Source: Macrostomum lignano (lineage: Eukaryota). Taken from it: a DNA stretch of 64,000 nucleotides. Below, piece by piece: positions 39,587 through 55,348 of this stretch. Under the pieces are notes generated by a model. That model searched no databases, had not been told where the DNA came from, and saw only the letters and a list, made by a program, of their open reading frames with translations. The stretch spans positions 434,001 to 498,000 of the forward strand of contig NIVC01000251.1 in the NCBI GenBank assembly GCA_002269645.1, in the 5' to 3' direction. Numbering within the stretch: the first letter of the stretch is position 1; each line of letters begins with the position of its first letter. The translations under genes were made by a program, and so were the position numbers.

Positions 39587-41652
39587 TGGTTAGACTTCTT
39601 GCTTGAAATATATCAAAAGCATTTGCATCATTTTCAGTTAAATGTATGGCTGCTCATAATGTAATGATTAAAAGTCAATACTATTGGGTATGAGTATGCT
39701 AAAGACTATTATATTTGTATTTAAAAATGCCCAGAAGGTAATTTTTTATAAAAAATATACTAAAAGTTATTTCGCTTAATGCCTGTCTTAACAGGTTTGT
39801 TTACCTGGCAAAATAAAAAGGAACTACAATGGATCATAGCTTCAATTATTCTGGCAGTTTGCAGAGCACCACCTTTGTTTCTTTATTGGCAAAATTTTTG
39901 TACAAACACCAGTGAAATAAAAGAAGTCTTTTATTTCAACAAATTTTTATCCTGTTACTTTTGTGTAGATACACAAAATTTACACTTTGAAAATACACTA
40001 GATTGTACAATATTGGTTTGTTTTTACACTTTTCAGTATGCAATTTTGCTTTTTCTTTAATGCATAAACAAATTTTTACACATCTAAATCAACTTTAAGT
40101 ATTGTCAACTCTAAGAGATCTAACTCTTAGTATTGTCAATTACAGTGTGTCTATAGAAATATCAATAATTAATATCAAATATCAAAATATGTCCACTGAT
40201 TGGCACTTTCTATCCTTTAATTGACACTTCTTGTCCACTCACTGACAAATCCTATCTATTTACCAATGCTTCCTGTCCACTTACTGACATTCTTAAAATT
40301 AAAAAAGAACATTTGCGTTGCTATACTTATATTGTGCATAACACAGTATTTTTTCCTATCTACTAATATGTTTTCTTCTTAAAAACTAAAAGAAAAAATG
40401 AAGTGCATGAAACAAAAATAATGGTATACTACTTCTATATCTTTAAAAATATAAAGTTTATTATTATTTTTTTCAAATACAAATATGTTATAATTAGAAA
40501 CAAAACAGCTTTTTTAGTTTTTAGACAGTTTGACTTTTTATATTAGTACATATTAGGTTTAATGCCATAAAAAAGGGTAAGACCTCACTGGGTTTATATA
40601 CTAGGTTTATACACTATACTCTAGATCATTTAGTATATATACAAAAATTTCAATATGCATTATCCATGCATAGCAAAAGTAAGTGTGTATAGTTAGCACG
40701 CATCATTTCAAAAAATAATGTATATATATACCTAGTATGCTTTTTATAGAATCAGAGAAAAATTATTTTGAAGCAAAAAAGTTTGTTTTTTAGGCTTACT
40801 AAGTTTTGTAAGTTTATAAACCATTAAAAAAATCTTTGCAAATATTGATTTTCTATATATTATTACCAATAAAGCAAAAAAATCTACCAAATTATTTGCA
40901 AAAAATGGGTTTATTATGCAATTTAAAAGATCATTTAATATTGCAATAATAATATAGTTTTGAAAATAGACATGTTGTAAACACTTTTTAACATACATTT
41001 GATAACTAAGCATATTTAATTTTTGTTTGGGTATACATCCTATAGTTTGGAACACCTTGAATGTATGCCAGACTAAAATCTCTCACAATATTTTTGGTAT
41101 GCTAGTGTACACCAAATTTTACGACAATGAATTATTTTGTTTTTAAATTGTGTAAAATAACATTTTTAGCTAATAATTTGGTTATTACTTTTGCTTTTTT
41201 GCTGATATTATTTATAGCGAAAACTTAATACATGCAAAGATTTGTTTAAATTTTTTATTACGAGCTTTAAAAACCCGGAAACTTAAAACTGCTTAAAAAT
41301 AAACTCATTATTTTATTTTATTTTTTATTTTTATCTTATTACTGTTCACGAACTCTTCCATGTGATTCTATTAACTGCATGCACACTATTTTCTTAGACT
41401 ATTTGATTTGATTCCGCAACTGCAGGAACATGTACGCTACTTTTTGAATATGCATTTTTATATGCCAGATAGTACGCCAGATTTCAAAAAGTAAAAAATT
41501 GTACGCCAAGTGTACACCAAAAGTTGTGAATGTATGCTGGATAAATCCGGCATACCACTAGCATGATCCAGACTAGTTTGTATATCAATACAAAAAATTG
41601 TTATTAGACTATTTATTTAGGCCTACTATACTATTATGTCAAGATATATCCA

Positions 41653-42730
41653 GGCTTCTTGAAGTTTATGTTGATAAAATAGTTGCAATTTTTATAGGAT
41701 CATAATTCTGTCTCTATAAGGGTTTTTGATAGTGCTGATTTTAAATTTGAGCTTCATTTTTTGGTAGCTTTAACCCAATTATATGTTGCTTAAAGCCACA
41801 AATATCTAATATCTAATATCTAATAGCTTTTTAGATATTAATATTAATCTTTGATTGGCTTAATGAAGTTCTAGCACATGTGCTACTATATTAAAAGTCT
41901 AGTGGATACATTTTCAAAAATGTATTTGTAGAAACTTTTGCTTACTGAACCTCATTAAATGAATAGGAAATTGAGTAAATTGTGATTGAGTACAGGTAAC
42001 TTTCTGCTGTTTTATTTGCATTTTTGAGATTTTCGGTGTCCCATAGGTCTGTGGTCATTTCGTCTGCCACCTTTTCGTCTGCCAAAGAATTTTAGCAGAC
42101 AAAACGACTTTTTTATTTATGTTTATTTTGGTTCACTTATTTAGTATTTTTTATGTAGGGAATTAAAATAAATTAGTATAAGCAAGTTTTAAGTATGTTT
42201 TCTTATTTATATTGATACATTTTGTTTTTCTTCATTTTCTACGAAACCTAACTAACCTATATAATACTTTCAACGCATCAATGCGTGTGTGCCTACAATT
42301 TCGATTGCTCCTTACATTTTACACTTTGTGCATTTAAGCTAGTTGTATTCGTGAATAAATTGCATATGAGTTTACATACACGAAAAAAAAGAAAGTTGGA
42401 AGGAAACTAAATGGTTGGAGATATTTGCTTTTGGCTTTGTGTATTTATATGCAACATATTAGCTCCGGAACTTTCAGAAAAATCCTAGCATTATAATAAA
42501 TTACAATTAATAAGACATTTACATTACACTTCCATGCGAAGCTTGATAACATAATTAGTTATTCCAATTTATATATGATATATATTGGCAGACGAAACGA
42601 CTTTATCGTATATTGGCAGACGAAAAGGCGGCACACGAAATGACCATCAACCGTCCTATAAGTGTCTACTGCAAGTTTTAGAAAAATTGGAAAATTGGAA
42701 GTATTTTATCAACATAAACTTCAAGAAGCC
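41653..42730. mobile_element. Non-autonomous DNA transposon-like element with 29-bp perfect terminal inverted repeats (hosts a nested MITE)
   Basis: GGCTTCTTGAAGTTTATGTTGATAAAATA (41653-41681) is the exact reverse complement of 42702-42730. No coding capacity; TSD not clear. Confidence 0.7.
42046..42652. mobile_element. Nested ~607-bp MITE with ~40-bp imperfect TIRs and an 8-bp near-identical TSD
   Basis: Left GGTCATTTCGTCTGCCACCTTTTCGTCTGCCAA vs right TTGGCAGACGAAAAGGCGGCACACGAAATGACC (2 mismatches). Flanks GTCCCATA (42038-42045) / GTCCTATA (42653-42660). Confidence 0.75.
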
Positions 42731-44937
42731 CATATATCCTATTATACATTAAAATATTTAGACCTTTGTTATACATTAGGAAATCTTGGCATACATGTGT
42801 TGCCTTTTGAACTATAGGTATTTAGCTTAAAAATAATAAGAGAAATCAAATAATAGTAAGAGCTATAAGACTTAGATTATAGGCTTATTTATGTCTAACA
42901 AAAATGGTATTACAAAACTTCACATAAGTATACAATAAAGATTGTACAATAGTATAACTATAACCTCTAGTCTAGTTTACAGTACACACAAGCTAAAAAG
43001 TGAAGAAGATCTATTCTATTATAATATTTTTATATTTTATTCTTTTATATACAAGGTTGGACATTGAATTAGGGCCTACAATACAAAAAAACAAATTAAT
43101 TATAATCTAAATATACTAAATTGTTAATTTTGTGTTTTTTATCTGTCTGTCTATTGTTAATTTTTTTCAAGAACCATCTGGCTAAGCTTTTTTTCAAATT
43201 AGCTTTAAAAAATCTCTATTTTTGGGGGCTAATGGCAAAGTGTAGGCCTAACTCATTTGATAAAAAGTTTAAATAGGATCTATTTTTTAAAAAAGTTCAA
43301 AGAGAAATTGTCCATTGGCAAATAGAGTGGCAACTTTTCAATGTTGCGAAGTTCACACAAAATTTTGAACAATAAAATCAATGTGGACATAGGTCACATA
43401 TTCGAAAAAAACTATTTTTTCATGCTTTCAATGTTTGAATTTTTAATTTGAATGCTCCCCTCCCTGGCCTGGGGACTTAATGCGCTACATTTAAAACTAA
43501 CTTTATAGATAGCTCATTTTGCCATTTATTATTTTTGCTGCAGATTCCTTAGTTACTATGCTATTATTCTTTTCCGATTCCATTGCAGATTCTGCCTTTC
43601 ACTGGTTAGGCCTACCTGCTATCTATACCAATTAGTGACTTTGTCAACCATTTGAGAAAAGGCCAATTAATAAAATCACTAGCACCCAAATTTTCTAGCA
43701 TAAAGGCTATTTACTTTCTACGTTTCTAGACTTCGCAACACCAGGATTTACAAGCTCGTTTGGGGTAACTACGTTTACTGAAAAAAAAACAGAAAATGAT
43801 TATTAGTTACTTTGAACCTAAATAATTGCGTCAAACCAGTTTTAAAACATTTAAGATATAACAAATTTAAAAAATGCGTTTAGCTTTCAAATGTAAAAAG
43901 GTATATTTGCTTACTTTTTAAAATAACTAATGTAATAAACCGCTTTCAAGATTGTGTTAAATTTAAAAAAATATATAATTCAATAAACCAGTCGTGTTAT
44001 AAACTATTCTGTTTGAACAATAACAAAAACAAAGAACTGCGCATATGTAATGAGGGTTTGCCTGCGACATGTTACTTAGGGGATCAATATCACGAAGGAA
44101 TAATTACATGTATACTTAAAGATGGTAAATCTCGAAGGAATACATTTACTGTAATGTAATGTTCTACTGTACTGCTTACAAAGTTTGCGTATTTAATTTA
44201 AGTACATGTAACATGTAAAATGCTAAGAAAGTACGACCAAAGGAGAAAATTACATATACATCGTGACTGTAATTTTGGAGGTTCAACTTTGAATTCAAGG
44301 TTGAAGGCTCAATTTCAGAAAAAACTGATAAATATTGTTCCTAAATGTATTGGCCATGGAAGAACGAGCAAGACTTCATATACATGTACATGTACATTTG
44401 GTCCAATTAAGTTTGAAAAACCGGCGGATTGCTATGGCGACGTCGCGGAACGTTGACGTCAACAGCCATAAATCAAGGTTAATAGACTTGCTCTGTCATA
44501 AACTTGATCGGGAGCCGTACATTGTGTAAAAAATATCACCCTAAATATATTAATTAATGCATGCATATATGTACGTATACATGTACATGTACGTAGTAAT
44601 GTTTACAAGTGTCTGTGCATCATGTATGTAAGAAAAAGCTTTGCTGAAGCAAACACGTGCATCTAACAATGCAATTTGGAATCTCGATTAAGATGATAGA
44701 AATATATTGATCATGTACATGTACTATGTGCATTTAATTAATTTTATCGTTCGAGTTGCTTCACTTTTTTCATTATTACATGCAGATCGTCTGTTTTTAA
44801 TGAAATAAAACGAATTGTCTCTCCTTAAGTTAAGTTATTAAGTTATTCATCCTTAATTCAATTTGCATACTGAATCTTTCTTGTCAATGATATAGCGTTA
44901 ATTTGCATGCAGTTTCAATAATGACGTTGACGATTAA

Positions 44938-46748
44938 TCAATTAAAAAGCGGGCTCATGGCGACCCAGTTGAAATCATAAACCGACGGGAGTCCAGCGTG
45001 GCTCACGTTTGGGAATTGACTCCACGCGAACGGCGACAGCGGGTGGCCTGCGCTGCCTCGAGATGGCCCGCTGATGGCATAGCTTGTCAGATGCTTGGCC
45101 AACTGGAACTCCGTGAACTTCGTGTCGTAGCAACCAAAGGCGCCGGCATCAGAGCCCTTCCTCAGGTCGCCCCGACAGCAGATGCTGTTGCACGCGTCGC
45201 CCTCGGAGTACGGATCGTCGGCGAACTCGTTGAAGCGAAGGACGGCCGCCATGCCGGCTGCGTCGAAGACTCGAGGTGCCTCCCGGCGGAAGATTTTCGC
45301 TCGAGGCGCCATCTGGTAGGAGAAGTCCAGGCCGCGCTGCTTCACCACATCCGGGTAGCCGCTCAGGTTGTAGACCGTCTCGTGGAACGGCACGTTATAG
45401 GAAGGGAAATAGCCGGTGCGCAGCAGGCCCGTCTGGTCCGAAGACACCACCAGAGTCGGGATCTGCTCCACGACAGTCAGCGCTCCGTCATCGATGGACG
45501 CGTTTGGTCGGATTTTGCGTAGATCGATCACCATGTACTGATTATTGTAGGTCCCGGAGTTCTGCTGAGTCATCACCCACGCCCAGTGGCTTCCATTCCT
45601 CGCAATCTGATTGGCCACTCGAACCCGTTGCCATGCCAACAGGCTCTGAGGCTTCACCGTTTTGTACAGACTCATATTGAACACGCTGTTCGTAGTCTGC
45701 AGCACTACCATTCCGCTGTCGAGGATATAAAAGTCGTCCAGCGATTCTAGAAAACCGGGATAGCTTGAGAAGGAAATCAAAGGGCTGGACAAGTCTTTGT
45801 CGTTCAACTTGAGGAGGTAATTCTTGAAAATTCGAAGCGTTGCAGCATAAACAAACCAACTGGAGTGTCCCATAAAAATCTTTTCCAGGCCAGGAGTCAC
45901 CCGAATCAAAGCGGAACAGTGTCCTGCTTTCTGGAAGAAAGTCGTGAACTCTGACTGCGACATCCTCATAAAGTGATCTTCCTTCGTGTTGTTCAACGCC
46001 GTCTGCAGGTCCAGCATGTCTCCAACTGCATTGAGCAGGTGCAGTACAAACGGATCCCTAACCACGGTGTCATTCCTAGCCAAGTAGCCATCGATGAGTC
46101 CTTGGAGCTGAGCCAGAACAAAGCCGGTGTGCCTCGCCACCGCCGACTGCGGATTCGCCGCGGCAAACTGCCGTCCCATTGAAATTGTCGAGTTAGAAAC
46201 TGTCGAACTTTGGGTAGCAACACTTTCCTGCTTTGCTCAGTGCCGAAAAAGTTGGCCATCATGTTAGTGTACATGAGAGCGATGCGATCGGCAGTGAGGT
46301 AGCCCTCCACCAGGCCTGCTGCATACATCGAGGCCGTGTCATTCCTCAAAGCAGCGTCAGTTCCAATAATGACGTCGAGAATGTCCCAGCCCGTTTTGTT
46401 AAGCGTCTTAGCCAAAGATCCGTAGGCTACAGAATTTGGCGCCCAAGTGTTTGGCATAATGTTGAACTTGCCGTTCTTGTAAACGATGCTAGCTTTCACA
46501 AGGGCGTCCCGACCGTTTGGAGGTGGTGTAGCCCATGGCGGGTAGTTGCGGCTCTTTGTTGGCTCTTGGTAAGTCGGCTTATGAGTCAGCTGGTCCATCT
46601 GCCAGACGGTGTTTCTTTGCTTCGGCCAGCGAAGCCTCAACGATCGGTCACCACGATTGTCATGCTCAACAACCGCTGAAGTTGTGAACTCGGTGAAGCC
46701 AGCAATTAGCAGAGCTGCTAGAAGAACAAAGGACAACGTTGATTGCAT
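44938..46748 (-). CDS. PLBD1: Phospholipase B-like 1 (lysosomal Ntn-hydrolase), intronless, with a 1-nt frameshift near 46176
   Basis: Signal peptide MQSTLSFVLLAALLIAG; TGWDILDV; AAGLVEGYLT; RHTGFVLAQLQGL; GHCSALIRV (Cys nucleophile); HSSWFVY; FSSYPGFLESLDDFY; NSGTYNNQYMVIDL; YFPSYNVPF; RAKIFRR; ICCRGDL; GCYDTK. ORFs 46748-45993 and 46179-44938 join if GGG at 46175-46177 were GGGG (~603 aa). Confidence 0.9.
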
Positions 46749-47439
46749 TACGTGTTTGCAGTTTTACGTTCGTATAACTTGGTTGTCCGTTGGTGCAACA
46801 GAAACGCTTTCTTCTCAGCTTTATCTTTCGTTTGACTCAGCCGTTTTTGTTTATATAAACTGCATATATCTGTTGCAGTCTAAAAATGTTATCGAAATAA
46901 ACGGTTTGCGTTCAAATCTAAAACCTGTTGCTTTTGTGCTTTTAATGTACGAATCGAAATTCAGCAGGCTGTGTATACAGATGCGTTATCTATGCGAATT
47001 CAACTACGAGTGTACACCGTAAGTCCACCGAGGCATATGACAATACATGTGCATGTAGAAGTGTATATCGCAATTCACATACTTTAAAAATCTATGCAAA
47101 TGACATATACTTCGAAAGTTCGATAAGTTGCAGATAAACAGAAACTATTTTTATCACACCCAGAAGGACGTTCGTCGAATAAAAAAGACATGTAGAAGGA
47201 AAATTTGAGGTTCAAAGACTAAAGTCATGCTGGTTAGCCTGTGTGATAAACAAAGTTTTCAAAGCATAGGAAGAGATATCTGACTAGATTAAGATTTCAG
47301 TTTAACTTCTAACTTAAAAAAATTTAACTTCAACTAGCACATAAATTAACAACAGGCTTACGTTAAGTTAGGGGTTAGCAATTTTTTACAAAAGGGTCAG
47401 ATAGACAACCTAGCGCATGACTGTGCATGGGCCAGAGAA

Positions 47440-48175
47440 GGGTGAGAGAGAAGATGAGAAGAGAAAAGGAAGGGGGAGAGAAGAGGAGAGAGGAGAGGAG
47501 GGAAGGGAGACGAAAAGAGAGAAGGGAGGAGGAGAGGAGAGCAAAGAAAGGAAGGAAGCAGGGGAGAGAGAAGAGAAGAGAGAGAGAAGAGGAGAGAAAG
47601 GAGAGGAGAAGAGAGAGAAGAGAGAAACGAGGGAGGGAGAGAAGGGGGATAGGAGAGAGAAGAAAGGAGGAGAGGAGGTGAATAGGAGAGGAGGGAAGAG
47701 AGAAGAAGAGAGGTGGGGAGAGAGAAGAGGAGAGGAGGGGAGAGAGGAGAGGAGAGGAGGGGAGAGAGGAGAGGAGAGGAGGGGAGAGAGGAGAGGAGAG
47801 GTGGGGAGAAAGAAGAGGAGAGGTGGGGGAGAGGGAAGAGGAGAGGAGGGGAGAGAGAAGAGGAGAGGTGGGAGAGAGAGAAAAGAGGAGAAGAGGGGAG
47901 AGAGGAGAGGAGAGGTGGGGGAGAGAGAAGAGGAGAGGAGGGGAGAGAGGAGAGGAGAGGTGGGGAGAGAGAAGAGGAGAGGAGGGGAGAGAGGAGAGGA
48001 GAGGTGGGGAGAGAGAAGAGGAGAGGAGGGGAGAGAGGAGAGGACGGGAGGGGAGAGAGAAGAGGAGAGGAGGGGAGACAGTAGAGGAGAGAATGGAGGG
48101 AAGGTAGAGAGCAGAGGAGATATGAGGAGGGGAGAGAGGAGAGGAGAGGAGAGAAAAGAGAAGAGAGAGGAGATC
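47440..48175. repeat. Degenerate polypurine (GA/GGAGA) tract
   Basis: Almost purine-only + strand; the ORFs here are low-complexity artefacts. Confidence 0.93.
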
Positions 48176-49217
48176 AGACAGCCGGGATTGAGCTCAGAAG
48201 AGAGCTAAGAAGAGACAGACCTTGAGCTGGCCGGATCGCTATTGTGAAGTTTCAAAGGACCAGTGAGATCAGGGGCGGACAGAAAGGTGTTGCAGGCCAC
48301 ATGTGGTTGCCAACGGACCGGAGTTTGCGGACCCAGCATTAAATGTACACCCTGATTTTCCAAAAAAGACAGTATTGTGGCAGCCATTTCTAACACGGAT
48401 ACTGTAAAATTGAGTTACTGTAGTCGAAGTGATCGTTAGGTTAAATTTTTTTATTCTCACCTAAGATACCGATAAAAATCACTTCGATAACTAAACCGGT
48501 ATTCAGAAGCCTCCTGAGTAGAAGTTCGGGGTTCAGGGTCGAGATACCGGGTCATGGAGCACTTTATAACAGAACAGATGTGCACAAAAATATTTTTATT
48601 ACTCTTGGTGTCTGATCCCCTGACAGTTCTTGTACGTCAGGGGTTTCAGTTTCGAATTGGTGCCGAAAAATTTCTTGATGTACTAATTTGCAAGTTTATT
48701 TAAACGAAAAAATCGATTCGTTAGCTCAGACTGTAAATTTGTGTTAGATAATACAATACGATTAGCATGACAATAAGGGTAACACATGTAAATTGTGAAA
48801 ATTAACATTCGAAAATAGTAGTAAGTGCACTGCAAATTAAATAACAACAAAACTAAAACAAATACATCTAATTGTCTAGTAGTGCGTTAAATTAATGCAC
48901 TTTATTAACCTTTTTGTAACAGTTCAAATTCAAATTCGTGCCAAAATTGACTAACTGCAATATTAGCACCTGGCATTAGAATTTCTCTTTAAGTTCAAAT
49001 TAAAGTTTTAAGAACTTGAATTTGAGGTGGCTTTACAAGCGGAAAAAACTTTTGTTAAATTAAAGTGTACATTTCGAGACAAATTAAATTGACAAATACT
49101 TTGAATTGTTTACTATTTCATAAAGTCAAGTGTGACTAAATTAAAGTTTTGTATGTCATTTCGGTAGGTCAGGAATATCAATTTTAAGGGAGAGATTAAT
49201 TTCTGCATGAACTTCTT

Positions 49218-53224
<4,007 letters not shown>

Positions 53225-53814
53225 ATCTAAAAATGGTAGCTACTCGTAGCTGTTGCTTAGGCTGAGGCGATACTAGAAGCTCAACAAAAACCCACCATGC
53301 ACAGCTTGCGTTTGCTTATGGCGTTGTGGTTCGAAGCTAATATTTTATATACTATATACGTTGAATTTCAGCGGACCCCACAGCTGTCCGCACGAACTGG
53401 CATGCCAAAGTAAGAATTTTTGTCTTATACAGAAATATAAATTGACAAAAAAAACTGAATGTTAACCTGCGGCAAGAAAGAATGAATGAAATGGAAGGCT
53501 CCGACAGACGGAAAGAAAGAGAGAGAGAGACTGGAAGAATGTCAACAAAAATCTCTTCTTCCATATGCTCATAAATATAGTTTTAGCTATTTACAGAAAC
53601 TTTCCACACTGCACAGTAATTCAAGGAGTCCTTGCACTCAGCATCTGGGGTGGAAGCTGTGTACAACTGAACAGCCTACAAATTGATATATCGTTAATCT
53701 TGTGGTATAGCTGCGTGGGGTAACGCTAATTTATTGTACTTTAACAATAGTGTAGTCAGGGAGGTAGTCTTGATGATGGCGCCCCTGTTGTTGGCGCCTC
53801 TGCTGCTAGAACCT

Positions 53815-53895
53815 TCAAATGAAATGGCGCCCCCTCAAAGAAAATGGCGCCCCCTCAAAGAAAATGGCGCCCCCTCAAAGGAAATGGCGCCCTAA
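53815..53895. repeat. Short 20-bp tandem (AAATGGCGCCCCCTCAAAGA) x ~4
   Basis: Direct inspection. Confidence 0.85.
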
Positions 53896-54351
53896 AGACG
53901 CACCACCAATAATAATCAAGTGAACAGACTATTGTTTTTTAGCTTTGACCGACAAATATTTTAGGCAGCAGTTAATGTTACAATTCCAGATATTTTTTCA
54001 TGTGGAATTCTTTGAACGGAGAGTGTCATGAGGCCGGGAGGAGGTGAAAGAGTGGTTAGCTTGCTAGAATGCGAGGTAATTGAAAGAGAAATATTAAATT
54101 CTACATTGTAATGTCTGACTGTGTCTGACTGTGTATGGCAGTGCAGTATTTACATAATGCTCTCTGCCACAATCAAACAATAAGCCATTTTTTGTCCAGT
54201 TGGTGTGCACAAAAAGTTTCACCTATGTTAAAGAGCTACAAGCTTCCAAACTACGTTTCAGGCAACTTCACGACCAGTTCTTGTGGCCCGAAGGACTGGT
54301 ACTTGATGACCCCGTACACACCGTATATTAGTCCCTAACAAAGCAGCTATG

Positions 54352-54796
<445 letters not shown>

Positions 54797-55348
54797 GATT
54801 GAATCTGTCTATTTACTCAATGATGCTATCGATGAATAAATAATGAACTGGAGTGCCTGTGCGGTGGCGCCATAAAAAACCCTCTGCTGATACATAGATA
54901 TGAGCAGCAGAATTAGCAGTATAGCTAGCAGCAGAAGGGTTCGCGTTTTATGGTAGAATCTTATGCGAGCAATTGGAATACAAATATATCTATTGTTTGT
55001 TTGAGTGGGAGCCTCATGCGTCTGATAATCAATTATTTTTTTGCAACCCAGTGACATTTTTTGTCAGCCAGAGGCATGTGATGGAGACTAGCCACGGCAG
55101 CTGTAAAATATTTTAGGCGGCGGTTGAGGTTGTACTGTCTTGTTGGACTGCGTTGGCTTGGTGATGACAGCCAAGTCTGGAGGAGCTCCCATCTCTCAGC
55201 CCCCATCCTTCATCATGGATTGGCTGCAGCCTGCGCTCCTAACGGCATAAAATGCAGGTTTGCCTGCTTCCCATCAGGTCTCCTATCTCCCCGCAAACAA
55301 TCTATCTAGCTAAAATTCACAGCTTAAAAACTTACAATCTTGTTGAAT

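Noticed and set aside
43455-43480. GC-rich mini-hairpin as a Helitron 3' end
   Set aside because: Stem too short and no CTRR terminus at the expected distance.
46160-46200. Programmed ribosomal frameshift in PLBD1
   Set aside because: No X-XXY-YYZ slippery heptamer at the switch; a homopolymer indel is simpler.
54809-55057. Hydrophobic minus-strand ORF (LLLLAILLILLLISM)
   Set aside because: Derived from a short CAG/TAG-rich low-complexity stretch; no start context or partner exons.
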